Assembly (NCBI RefSeq): GCF_964204645.1
Contig: NC_134034.1
Coordinates: forward strand, 9,622,962 to 9,686,961
Length of the DNA: 64,000 bases
From: Tubulanus polymorphus
Lineage: Eukaryota > Animalia > Nemertea
Direction of reading: 5' to 3'
The notes under the pieces: generated by a model
The model's database searches: none
Told to the model about the DNA's origin: nothing
Seen by the model: only the letters and a program-made list of their open reading frames with translations
Program-made: the position numbers and the translations under genes
Shown here: in pieces, positions 28,753-42,300 of the stretch
How positions within the stretch are numbered: the stretch's first letter is position 1
Layout: every line of letters begins with the position of its first letter

Positions 28753-29086
28753 ATATTATCAATAAGATTTCATTCCATCGCTCATTGACTCTTGACTGTC
28801 CTCGCTGACCACTATACAATAGTCTTTATCTCTTCAATCTACTTATCATTCTTCAATATACAATCCACTCTCCCCATCTTGAAACCCTTCTTTTCTTTCC
28901 CCTCCCTAAACCCTTTCTCATCCCTACGACACACCGCAGAAATATCCCTCTCATTCGACCTTCACTTATCCCATCTCTCCCGAACACAGAAAAACTTGCT
29001 CTTTTCGGACCCTCCCTAACGCACTAATGATCCTTGTCTATCTCTCCCACACACCAGAATAATCTAACAAACACTTTTCATCCTCA

Positions 29087-29160
<74 letters not shown>

Positions 29161-29650
29161 AATCGAGTCAATACGACTGCCCTCCGGTAATCAAATGGAT
29201 ATTGAAATTTTCCGCTCGCGTGTAATGAATATTTATATCGATGGACGACGATGATGAGATATAGATATATTTGATAGAGAGTAGAAACGCCACTTTACTG
29301 CGTATCCATTAAACGCACTCAATACTGCCGTCCTTGTAGGCTTTCATTGAATGCTACGATTGTTTTCGCGTTGAAACGCGCTGTTATTTCGTTTCAATAT
29401 TTACGATTATTAGTCATATTCGTGTCGAATTGAAAGCGGAGAGTTTTCGTTATAAAAAAAATGATTTCTGAAAAAGTGATTTCTGATATTTCTCGACGAG
29501 TTCCCACGGATGGGAGATGGTTGGACCCGGTTCATGCCCTAGTCACATTCTACCCGTGTTCACGAGTAAACCACTCACAACAGCCGATTACAACGCGGAC
29601 ACGCTTTGGTCCGGATCAGACTCGAGTCAAATTTGGCTCAGGCCTGATTA

Positions 29651-30075
29651 AGCTAGGGACACACGAGCGTATTTTTTTGCCTGATCGCGACGATTAAATT
29701 CGCCAGCGATTTTGCCGATGAATTTATACGCCCGATACGAGCGGGCACACGTAGCGATCAAACCAAAATTCGGTCAGCGACTCGCTTTTAGTGGGAGAGA
29801 GTTAACGAATCACATGATATCAACAATGCATCCTATTGGTTGATAAAAATGGATCGCTCGGCGAAATTCGCCGAGTGCGGGCAGACGAGCGAATTTGCGG
29901 GCGATCCGATCGCCGGCGTAAATAATTGGCCGAAAATATCAAACATGTTTGATACGGGCGATCGAGTCGGCCGACGAAATCGTCGTCGCCGTGAGTGGCT
30001 ACACGAGCGAATTTTTCGGGCGATTGATAAATTCGCCGCGATCGGGCGAAAAAATACGCTCGTGTGCCCCTACCT
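29651..30075. mobile_element. Harbinger-like MITE nested in another MITE
   Basis: About 45-bp imperfect TIRs (ag[c/g]taggg[a/g]cacacgagcgtattttt...), TTA duplicated at 29648-29650 and 30076-30078. Confidence 0.88.
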
Positions 30076-30728
30076 TTAGAGAGAATGTTCACACATAAAC
30101 CACTCACTCGATACTAAACAATGTTCAAACAAAGTGAAGTGAGTCCGACATCCGGGCCTGGTCCGATGCCAAACAGACACGGGCCCATTTGGCACCTGTG
30201 TGAACAGTTGTTCTGTGCTACACTGGGCCGGATGCTCGGGTCGAAAATGCTCGCATCATCGCCGCATACGGCACATAGGGGGCCTTTCTTTGACGAAACG
30301 AGTCATTAAAACCTCGAAAATGAGAAAATCGGCGATTTCGACACAATTCGTAGAAATCAAAAAGAGAAACTCTCGCTATAAATAACCGCTAATATAAAAA
30401 GGCGAAACGGCAATAAAAAGGTCGTTAAAATCCACGCGTAGCAATCAAGGTCAATAACTTAATAATCTGATCGTTATATTGCGGGTCAGAAGAAGTTCAT
30501 CAGTTTTTCGGTGGCGTTTCATACGCGCACGCTGTAAATTTCTCGCACAAAGGTTTATATAAAACCACTATCACTAATTGAGTCGAAAATTGAAAGTCCT
30601 CGAAAAATTGCTGCATTATTTCGTCGAATCCGAGAAGCTAATCGATTCTAAACGCTTTTCGCAATCAAAATACGCGGCAAAATTCCGGCTTAGATTCAAG
30701 ACCATTTTGATTCTGTGAACTATCTATC

Positions 30729-31055
30729 GGGTGCGTTGTAGGCGAGTGGCTATAGCGTTTGACTCTGGGAAGCCAGGTCGTGGATTCGAACCCTGTACAT
30801 TATTGTTGTGTCCTCGGGCAAGAAACTTATCCTCATAGACCTCTATCTAGGAGTTAATGGGTACCTGGCCTGCTAGATGACTTGTGAGTCTAGTAGTTGC
30901 ACGGATGTTACTTCTCTCCAGGGAGAAATGACTGATACATGGAATAGAGTTATAGGCTGGTGGTAATGTTACCAAATGTGGGGCGCATTTGAATTAGACT
31001 GTTTGGGATACCTGCACTACATAAATGATACTATTATTATTATAATTATTATTAT
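30729..31055 (+). mobile_element. tRNA-derived SINE
   Basis: A box taggcgagtgg, B box ggattcgaaccc (30782-30793), central gtgtcctcgggcaagaaactt...aatgggtacc block typical of conserved-core animal SINEs, (TAT)n tail. Confidence 0.85.
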
Positions 31056-31549
31056 CATCTAATAACAGAATTGTGAATACAGACAGCCTCGATTGGGCTC
31101 GAAATTTCATTTTTCGCTCGAAACGTTTTTGTCGCATTTATTTACTTACATACACGCAGAAAGTTACGTCAAAAATCGAAATAAACCTCCGAAAATTGCC
31201 CCGAATTTATAAATTTGCCAAACTGCATCAAAATGGTGCGACACGCGCCCTGCTATAGATTTCGAACGGAATTTTCCCCTATTTACCGTCCCAAATATAT
31301 TTTTTTAATAGCATTTTTTGAATCACATATCATATCATATCATATTCAGAATTATTCTGTTACGTGGCCACACTGAATAAAAGTCAGCTATGTACATATA
31401 ATACATACACGTACATAGCGATATACTAGTTGACGATGTGTATGAACACACGACATGTGTGTGTGTGTGTGTGAACAGCCGGGTAAATTGAAACTGTAAC
31501 GAAATATGTAACACAATATACGTGTTCGCACAAAAAAAAAATGATTTAC

Positions 31550-31686
31550 CAGTGTAGAGGGATAGCTGGGTGGAGGGTGACACTTCATAGCGATAAATAA
31601 TCCATCAAAACTCTGATTATTCAGATGTGGTGCGTTGCAATTCAGAGGATATTGTGATTTAATTCGTGTAAATAAAGGCGCATTTT
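31550..31686 (-). other. Candidate 137-nt exon: either carries its own start (MKCHPPPSYPSTL, ATG 31588) or acts as a poison cassette
   Basis: Long pyrimidine tract ending ccag| at 31686; donor CTG|gtaaat at 31550, phase 0 relative to ATG 31588. Confidence 0.4.
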
Positions 31687-34473
31687 CTGGAGGTTGAGAA
31701 AAGGACGAGAGAGGCTCAGGGAAAAATAGAGTGAGAAGTGGTGAGTGAGAAGTGGTGACCGATAAGACCGAGTTTCTACTATAGCCACACCTAGTGAACC
31801 CTCATTTACCACAAGTCGAAAACTCAACCGCAATAGTAGTTGGTGGCCTAGTGCACACTAGCGACACCTGGTGGATCCTCACTCGCAGCAAAATTGGAGT
31901 AGTACTGTTTTACCCTAGCACACAAGCAACAACTGATGCATCCTCACTTGCCGCAAGTGGAATCCTGCACACTAGCGACACCTCACTTGCCACAGCAGTG
32001 TAGAAACAAACCCCACTAATTGTGCTTAGTTTTTGTCCGTGTCTTAATCGAAAAACTAAATCAATCGAAGTCTAAACAATCGCCAGCAGTTTCTTTTCGA
32101 ATACGCACACAATAAAACTAACAAACACACCGAGATACAGGAGAGCGCCGCCGATAAAAAATTCAATTAATCTCATATGAGAAACGGTCGCGGAATTCGC
32201 GGCATGTTAATTGTATTTTTATACGGCTCAGAGGTCAGCCTTGTTCTTTACGCGCGTATCAAATATCGCTGAAATAATTGTTTCCATAAATATACATATA
32301 TATATATATATACGTATATACGAGAGACTGTGGAGAGTTAATCGGGTTCTCTGACTAAATTAATCAAACATATCGCAGCAGTTATAACTGAAATGTGGCG
32401 GCTTGCAGCAGCTATGTAGCCCCGCCCAGTAATTGTGTGTATATGTTGGGTTTTTTATAAAGTTATGAATGAGGTCAGCGAACATTACGTTCGAAAAATC
32501 ATATTGTATCCCGTTTTCAAATTAGGTCCTATAGGCTAATAGCTAGCTAAGATTTCGGATCACACGTAAAGAACCTTCAACCTTACTGCGGCAATTGAGG
32601 ATTCCATCCATCTGTGGAAAGTTAGGATCCACACCAGGTGTCGCTAGTGTGCAGTAGGATATCTACTACAGCGGCAATAGAGGATTCCACTTGCGACAAG
32701 TGAGGATCCGCAAGGTGTCACTAGTAGTAACTAGGTGTAAAGCATTTTTTCAAAAAGAAATCAAATCAATTTTCTGTTTCGAGTAGATCCATTATCAAAG
32801 ATAGCTGTAGCCTCCCGAACACTGCGAGTAGGAAATACAATGTCATTGACGCCCATTTGATAACGTTTGGATTCGGGAGATAAAAGATCACCCTCAAAGG
32901 ATCCAGGGCAGTCCAGCGAACTCTCTCACAAAACTATGAGACATGTTCAATAATTATTTCATGCACGAAGTCGACCCAGAACTAACTCAACAGCAGTCGG
33001 ATCACATCGAACATATTGACTCTGAGAGTTTTATCAAGTAGCTAAAAATAAATTCGAGACTCGCAGAGTCAGGTTTCTGAGTTGGATGGCGATATCAGTG
33101 TTGGATGGTACAGTAGACTCCGCTCAAGTCTGATCTTTTGACTTAAGAGTGATATCTGAGTTGGATGGTACAGTAGACTCCGCTCAAGTCTGATCTTTTG
33201 ACTTGAGAGTGATATCTGAGTTGGACGGTACAGTAGACTCCACTCAAGTCGGATCTTTTGACTTGAGAGTGATATATGAGTCTGATGATACAGTAAACTC
33301 CGCTCAAGTCAGATCTTATGACTGGAGAGTGATATCCGATTTGGATGATACAGTAGAATCCGCTCAAGTCAGATCTTATGACTGGAGAGTGATATCCGAG
33401 TTGGATGATACAAAGTAGATCTTTTTGGACCGTGAAAAACTCAAAATACCACGAGCTAAAACTAATAAGGTCAGATAAATCGACTAGTACTGAGGGTGAT
33501 AACCAGATGACAGCACTTCCTACGAATTGACGATAATGGAAAGAGAGACAGAGAGAGAGAGATAGCGCAGCACTGTGAGAACAGACACAATTTAGTCCGC
33601 TGCACAAAAATGGGCCGAGAGCAAATTAACTCGAAGATCGTTTTACAAAATTATGCTGTCGCGAGAATGTCGAATTAATGATATTTCGCTCAACACAACC
33701 GTATAGGATTCATTATCCATAAATATGATAGTACAAAAATAGGGTATCGTCTCATAACGGGGGTGCCGGGTACTTTTAATGTTAATGACGCTAAATAATG
33801 CGGGTGGTTTGGCTGTAAACAAGTATGGACTTATGAACGTAGAGGGTATTGGCTGATAAAACAGGGTACTGGGTAGTTTATATGGTATCGACGCTTAACA
33901 ATATGGTTGGTTTCTAAATTGGGTACTGACTCATAATAAGGTATGGCCTTGTTACAGGATACAAGACCCTAAACTGGGTACTTCCTCATAACAAGGAACC
34001 GGCCCCTATACAGGATACCGCACTCATGACTAATTTGATGACGGCTCTTACTTCAAAGGTATCGGTACATTGCACGGTATTGGCTGCTATCACAAAGTAT
34101 TGGCATATAACAGGGTACTGGCTCTTAACAATATTGCTGGCTACTAACTTGGCACAGGAGACATCATAAAATAACAAAGTAATAGTTCATTTGGTACATT
34201 GGAAGTTACCAGCTCCTAAATATTGAATAATTCTGGCTCCTTATAACAGGAAACTAGACACCAGCCTGACTTATAGGGTTCTATCACCCCTACTACCCCT
34301 ACTATAGAGTATCGGCAAACTAGCCCTTTATAAAAATGGCCTCTGTGAAGTTTTTGTTGTAACGAGGCACATCCAAACCTACCCGAACCCTAAACCGTGA
34401 CAAAAAAAATCCTGGCGATAAATTTTTCCCCATATGAATAATCAATAAAAAACGAACACAAGCGTGAGCTCAC

Positions 34474-34620
34474 CCAGAACATGTTGGACGGTAGCAGACC
34501 GGATGCTGGCTGATGGTGATGAAGATGCGCTGGATGATTATGTTCCATTGATGATGTTGCTGCTGCTGCTACTCCTGGTCCAGACGTTGTTGTATATTGA
34601 TGTTGATGATGGACCAACAT
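34474..34620 (-). CDS. Alternative first coding exon (MLVHHQHQY...GLLPSNMFW)
   Basis: aaaaatATG, 49 codons with His/Ala-rich protein-like composition, donor TGG|gtgagc in phase 0. Confidence 0.72.
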
Positions 34621-35580
34621 ATTTTTTCCTCCACAAAGAGGTTTGCAGTTATTTCTACTCGAGATCGTCGAACGCGAGAAACCTCAGCACCTGCTGCTGC
34701 TGCTACCTCTCGTATTCAAGCGACGTTAATTCAATAACTCGAAATTTCAGTAACGTGCTTCGGTTTCTTATTTCCGAAACGGTTTCGCCGATTTTTGCCG
34801 CAAGAGGTGAAATAAGAAATATCCGCTGACCGATGACCTATATGCCAATAACTATATCACAAACTTGATGACTCTATCCGCCGACCAATGACCTATGTAC
34901 CAACACTTATGATTTATCCAATGACCGATGACCTATAAACCAATTGTTTTAGTTCATCCGCTGACCAATGACCTATATTCCAGTAGCTTTAGTTAATCAA
35001 CTGACCAATGGCTACTGACCAGTAACCGGTAACCTACTGATGACTATCTCTACGGACTAGTGACCGATAGCTTTTTCAACTAACTCGAACGCTAACGCTA
35101 TTCGAGAGGAACAAGCAGCAGTTAGCCGAACTATTTTAGAAATGGTTCGCGGGCACAGAGAGACAGAGAGACCCCAGAAACAATCAAATGTCACCGACAA
35201 CAATGACGAATACAGAATGAAACGTGTATACGATATCTTGCGGCTGTCGGCGCTGGTGTTGGCGAAGCGAGGTTAAATTGTTCTCAAGGTTTTAACAATG
35301 AGAAATTCTATCCATACCTGGGAGTGTAGGTACGAGCACATTCGACACCTTCCTATACGCAGCCGTCTTTTCTTAAATTTTTTGTCTTTAAATCTCGATA
35401 CAGGCATTCAGCCCCCTCGGCTACTTCGCCGTCCATTCATTGGTTTCGATTTAATTCGCAATGGGAAATATGTTAGGAAATCTGAAAAGCGATTTCCGTT
35501 TTGTACGAGTTAGTCAAAAGTTCCGGTCAAGTCCGAGTACGACGTGGTTTACTGTATATTACTTTACAGAATAAATGGGT

Positions 35581-35914
35581 TCTGGGGCTGCAGTTGATAA
35601 TAAGTTGTCCAATGATAACCAGTGGATGAATACCATAGTAACAATGAACTTTCAATTGTCACGATGTCAACTATCCACTGGTTGACTATAACCTACTTTT
35701 GAGCAACTGGCCCCAGAAAATGTGAAAATACTACAATACTTTCCAGATTACTATGGAATTTTAACTCATGACCAGGGCTTCTGCAGTTGGCCAAAGTTGG
35801 TTAAAGATAACCGGCAGATGAATGCCAATAGCATAGTAACAATGAACTTTTAATCGTCACAATGTCAACTATTCACTGGTTAACTCTAACCAACTTTTCA
35901 GCAACTGACCACAG
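35581..35914. mobile_element. Two adjacent diverged copies of a ~137-bp MITE
   Basis: 35581-35717 has TIR-like ends tctggggctgcagttg / caactggccccaga; a second copy at ~35772-35914 shares catagtaacaatgaactt...gtcac.atgtcaactat.cactggtt. Confidence 0.7.
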
Positions 35915-36338
35915 GTTTTTTCCTATTTCAGGAAAATCGAGCGAATTCGACCTCAGGTGTATAGGGCCCCCCGCCGATAGCCTCGGTCATAGTTCGTTAG
36001 ATTCATTAATTGTATTCTAATAAGACGACGACAAAGCACGTAGCGAAAGTATTTATTTACCACCGCCGCCGCCGCCAGTGTATATGATTACAATCAATCT
36101 CATAAGTTACGCCCTCCGGACTTACAACAACCACCAGCAACAACAACAACAACCGGTCCAGCAGTGGTGGTGCAAATAAATTCAACGTAATTAAATAATA
36201 ACAAAGCTTTTCCCGTGCGGTACAATGAGGTATATGGGAACTAATGCAACAGGTGGAAATATTCTCAACTCAACAACTTTTGAAAATTAGTTCTAAATAG
36301 ACGTATTGTGTAATGAAATGTGTTCCCTGGAACTATTT

Positions 36339-36388
36339 GGAGTCACCTGATGATGGCCGTTAGTCAACAGCCGAAACGTTGTGGTTTC
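36339..36388 (+). ncRNA. Minimal type I hammerhead ribozyme (Penelope-like element type)
   Basis: Stem I ggagtcac/gtggtttc, core CTGATGA (36347-36353), stem II ggccgtt-agtc-aacagcc, GAAA (36373-36376), palindromic loopless stem III AACGTT, GUU triplet. Confidence 0.75.
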
Positions 36389-39253
36389 ATAATGATAAAT
36401 TTGATCATATAATTTTAAATTCGAAATGTGGGATTTCTTCATTTATTTGGAGTCATGTGTGTTATAATGTTTCCACAACACTATCAACTACATGGACGTA
36501 ATGGAGTTGTTAGATCGGAACCGAATGAGCTTATACCGGTCTTTAGGTGTTGCTTTCGCCGTAGAACCGAAATTAGCTAAGATCGGTCCATACCGCGAAC
36601 CGTTATTTCTACAGTACCAGACCTCTTTCGTAATTTCATATCTTAATCAGTCAGAAATCACTCGCAGTGTTGTGGTCGTAGAACTAACCCGAAATTTCGT
36701 TTAAGTGGCTTATCATCGCCAGAACAGGGGACGCGATGTGTAGACAGGAAATGTCAGCGAAGTTTCAGACAGCGTCGGAATTTCACACAACGCACAATCG
36801 AGATTAGTGACTTCCTTTATCAAACAATCGACACACTTCCTGTTTTAAAACTCGATATCCAGCGTGCCATGGTTAGAGAAAAAAATAGAAAACTACACCA
36901 CACTCTCTACCACCATCTGAAAACCATCTATAATATATGTAATTAACTGATACGTGGGCCCTATCATTAGTGGAACTGGATTAATAGTCAAATTAAACCC
37001 ATACATCTGTGGAACTGAGTTCAGAGGCAAATTAAACCCACGCAACTGTGGAACTGGATCCAGAGTCAATTTAAACCCACACAATTGTGGAACTGGATCC
37101 AGAGTCAAATTAAACCTACACAACTGTGGAAATGGATCCCGAGACAAATTAAACCCATACATCTGTGGAACTGGGTTTAGTCAAATTAAACCCATGCAAC
37201 TGCGGAACTGGGTTCAGAGACAAATTAAACCCACACAACTGTCAATTATGTAACTATGAGCCATTGGTCTCTACGGTAGAAACTGTATTCATGAATTTCA
37301 CTTATTGTTCGATACTAACTATAGATACAGCTTGACCAATGAGCCTTGAAATGTAGGTGCATAATTTCGCATTCGTGTTTAATATTCAACTGGGGACAGA
37401 AGTTTTATAAATGCTGTATGCTAGACCAGCTGTTCGTAACAATTACACATATTCAACTACAAAAGTGAAGGTAAGATGTATAATTAAATATTCCGAATAA
37501 TTAATTAACTGTGCCCTGGTTTTCAACATTGCCGACCGGCGCTGATTAATTTCGACCGAATTTTCTTAAACTATTAATCAAATGTTTTAATAGGGACCCG
37601 ATGTAATCATAGCTCTAGGCACAGTTTCTCAAGCTGAAGTCGGGGCTGGGTTTTTCTAACTAGTCTTTTCTAAAACTAGGTGTTTCCAAATGATACTTGA
37701 ACTTTTATTTTATTTCTCCGAATAATTATAAATCATATACTAGGAGATACATGCAATAAAATGTCATAAACAACAATTACAGGACGGTACATGAAAATGA
37801 TAAAATAGGTGTTAACAGAAAACTAAGATAATGTTTTAAAAAGGCGAGTTTTAATTTTAGCCTATACGGGACTGCTTTAAAGAAAACAGTTTTATTCGTA
37901 AAAAAGCTACCAATTATAGCCACGCTCAATCTTTTACCAACAGTTTTAACTTGGAAAAGCCAGCGCCGATTTTTACTACAAAGTTTTTTTTTTTACATAG
38001 AATGAAATTCAGGGTCCAATTGAACAGTTGTGACTTCAGTTCAAATGTCATCTTGCATCTTAAGACTGGTCTTAAGTTGTTTAGATTGGTTATAGAACCA
38101 AAATGAGTTTAGACTGGTCTTAAGTTGTTAGATTGGTTATAGAACCAAAATGAGTTTAGACTGGTCTTAAGTTGTTTGATTGGTTATAGAACCAAAATGA
38201 GCTTAGACTGGCCTTAAGTTGTTTGATTGGTTATAGAACCAAAATGAGCTTAGACTGGTCTTAAGTTGTTAGATTGGCTATAGAACCGCAATGAGCTTAG
38301 ACTGGTATTAAGTTGTTAGATTAGTTATAGAACTAAAATAAGCTTAAAGACCGGACTTAAGTTGTTACATTGCATAACCAAAATGAGCTTTGATAGGTCT
38401 GGTTAGAGAACTAAGATGGTCTTAAACCTAAGCCATGAATGACTGCACGGCCGGTCCAGATTTACAATGAAGAAAACATTTCCACGAATAATCAACTTCG
38501 AACGTTCGTCATTACGCAACAAGCACGAGTTATGCGTAAATAGTTCGGCGAAGCTACACTCGAGGCAGCACTGTCTAAACAGTATTGCAGCAGCAATGTT
38601 GACTCGTAAATTCCAGTTTGCTGACGAACAATGTCGCAATCGTTTTTAAAAAGAACTGGGCCACAAATCTATACTCGAACAGCATATCAGGGGGGAATTT
38701 TCTGTTTAATCGCTGCGCAGGAATTTCTGCTGTCAGATTTACCGAGAACTAACCTGAACTTTAACCGTAAAAAATCACGATAATCTATTTCGCCAAAATT
38801 TTCACCAGCTTTGCCTCCCGAATAATATATCAACCAAAGCCTTATCTAAGATCATTTGCTGATTGCTTTTTGAACTTCTTAAGTTCATTCTAATCAGGGG
38901 CCAGTTCGATACCTGGCGATTGTCTTTAAAGAGAGTTCAAAATGTTGTATCCCAAAGTGTCGATGACTGATTTCATTTAATGACTTTTAGGGACTTTCTC
39001 CGATTCCAGCATCATCATATTTAAGCCAGTAATCCTGAAATCTAAATTTTCCGGGCATTCCTATAATCAGCAGATTTTAAGAGCTGTAGAACTTGAATCT
39101 CGGATCCGGGCAGATAACTACCGGCGGATCCATTCAAGGACCGCGACAATGATTTAAGGATTTTAGGGCCAATACACAATACTCAAGGCCTTGAATCGAC
39201 CAAGTCCCATTTCAAAAACTCTTAAGGACCTGCAAGGACCGGTATGAACCCAA

Positions 39254-39370
39254 GGCCCAGTTTCACTAAAATTTTCTGTGTCATCACTATTGGTTACTTC
39301 ATGTTTTTAATGAGGACGACAATTCGAACTTAACCGTTTTAAGCTTTAACTTTTTCGTGAAACTGGGCCC
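39254..39370. mobile_element. Small MITE
   Basis: ggcccagtttcactaaaa ... tttttcgtgaaactgggcc inverted termini. Confidence 0.7.
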
Positions 39371-42300
39371 AGGTATCTTAAGAATTTTTCGTTTTTCAAA
39401 ACTGTTGACATAAAAATGTTCTCATTTTTTTAAGCGTTCAGATTTCGACATAATATTTTCTTACTTAAAACATCTATTCTCCGTGCACCGAACTTCTCTG
39501 ATTTTGTTCGGAAAAATCTGATGAAAACGTTTCGAATAAAATCCGGACGAACAATCGTACGAAATAATCAAACAGAACTGAACCCCGAAAAAAAAGAACC
39601 CGTCTCAAAATCACGTTTATGTATATCCATAGTAAACAGGTTTTCAAAACTATTTCAAGTTTAAAAAACCGAGCGTCAACAACTTTGAAGATCGGAATTT
39701 AAATCAACGATCGCGAAGACTATATATATATATATATATACATATAAAAGGCGCGCCCTAGTTTTTCGAGAAATCGAGAAGAATTTTCGGAATTTCTTTT
39801 TTTTCGCGTGAAAAAAACGAAAATAAGTATCATCGTGGTGTTAGTGGTTGTTACTGGGCTGGTTTCAATAAAACACCCTACAGGATCCTGTGTGTGTGTG
39901 TGAGTCAAAATTCTCTGACCTAAATGAATCTAATTTAGGTGGCGACGGCGCCTTGAGTCAACAGATATATTCGCCTTATATTTACCCAACCCTCATTCCA
40001 GGCTATACACTCCGACTGAAGGCGACGGTGTTTACCATACTTCCAAAATAAAACTTTCTACGTTGTCGGCTTTCTTCGTCATCGAGCCCTAACGGCAACG
40101 ACGAACCCGTCCCCCCTTCAGAAATAAGTCGACGATAGTTATTATTCGGTAATAAACGCCGAATAAGAATGTTTTACGACTATCGGAAAGTTTTGTCTGT
40201 CGTGTCGTTTTTCGCGCGGGTCACGCGAAACGAGAATCAAATAGAAGTTTCAATGTATATTCCCTCCTTATCGTAATATACAGAGCTGCGTCAACAGATA
40301 TACTAGAAAAATTTACTAGAAGGGGAATGGACTGAATCTAGTCAAATTAAACCCACGCAACTGCGGAACTGGATCCACAGTCAAATTAAACCCACATAAC
40401 TGTGGAACTGGATTCACAGGCAAATTAAACCCACACAACTGTGGAACTGGATCCACAGTCAAATTAAACCCATACAACTGTTGAACTGTGTTCAGAGTCA
40501 AATTAAATCCACACAAACTGTGGAACTGGATCCACAGTCAAATTAAACCCATACAACTGTGGAACTGGGTCCAGAGACAAATCAAACCAACTGTGGAACT
40601 AGATCCAGAGTCAAATTAAAAGAATTGGTTCCAGGGTCGAATTAAACCCACTGTGGAACTAGATCCAGAGTAGAATTAAACCCATACAACTGTGGAACCG
40701 GGTCCAAAGTTGAAATAAATCCACACATATTTTTCAACCTCAAATACAAGCCTATGATATCAGCAAATGTCTTGAAATTAGGAAAGAATGTTTACGAAAA
40801 TTCCACATCAAAGGTGAAAGATCAGAGAAAATAGAAACAAACAGATTTTGCACTCCTCGCCGGCGGGTCTAAATAAACTACAAGTTCTAAGAGAAACAAA
40901 CTATAAACTGGTTGCAGCAATAAAAACCTGCGACCAGTCTTAGAATGCTCCCGAGTGACTTCTTCACTCATGACTAGTTTTTTCAAGAGTGTTGGTTATA
41001 GATTGCGAAGTACGATATAAAGTTGCACGATCGGCGGTCGAATCAAAATCGAATTTAAATCAAAAAACGCATAAGGAAAACGTGCAACGGAACTGAAACG
41101 AATGTCAGTCGGTTTTTCCGACACATCTGAAACTAATGTCGGTGGTTTTTTCTCTATTTAGGTAGATTTTTATGACTCCCGACGCGCATGATTTTCTCAC
41201 TACTACTACTATATATGCGGTTTTGTAGTAGACCGGCCCGCGTGAAAGCACCACTGCCATCATCATCATCATCGAGTGTAAATATGATTTTTTTTTCCCA
41301 ACCCGAAGTAGGTCGACCAACAATTTCAACCTCAATTTTCTAGACATAATAACACATCAAACATCGCACAGTTGTTATATAAAACGTTGAGTCACAAGAT
41401 CTCGGTTCAGCGTTTATCGAGAATCAAGCATTTTAGTGTGCATAGGCCTATATACGTGTGTACGGTTATATATAGACAGGGATGGAAGCTCTAGGACGGT
41501 CTCCGTACTAAAGGCCCTTCTACGTACTTATCATATCCGATAGGAAACTTCTATTCGCGGATATTCAAAAACTAGAAAGAAATTCCTCATTCGTTTTTGA
41601 GAGGCCAAAAACGTATGGTATAGCCTTCTAGGCTGAAAACATCTCACGAACAACGGCCTGAAAATAGCTTCCATATACATATTACCCTAGACTTGAAAAA
41701 TCTCGAGAAAAAGGGCCAGGGAATAGGGTCCATAGAGACCCAAGGCTTGAAAAAATTTGCGAACGGGCCTGGGTCCATACACACCCTAGGCTTGAAAACT
41801 TCGACCGACAGGCTGTAGTACTTCTCAAAAAGCTTACCATAGCCAACACTACAAAAGCTTCACGAGTCTATTCGTCCCTGATCTAGTTTTCCCTGGTTCT
41901 CAAATATTTGGTATTCGGTGTAAATGAAATCAGGGGTAAACGACGACATCGAGAGATATTCAGCCTATGATTTATTGACCCAAATTTCATACAATAATGA
42001 AATTTACATAAAACCATCTGAAACAGTGATGACATCTATAAAGCGTTAATGTACACGACCTTCTATCTAAATAAACCGGTTAATTTCAAAATATCCAACC
42101 ACAGTCTGGGTACGGTCCTTTCAACAGGGGGAGATTGGGGTTTGGGGACGTATGTTATGGTAGGGGCGAACTTCGCTTCGCGCTTAGTTCGTTCACACTG
42201 CATTTGACCACGTCGGCCATCTTGGAAATAAGGTCCAGACTACAGCGACTGTGCTCATAATCCCGCGGTCGACCATTTCCGGACTAACTGATATTCGCTT

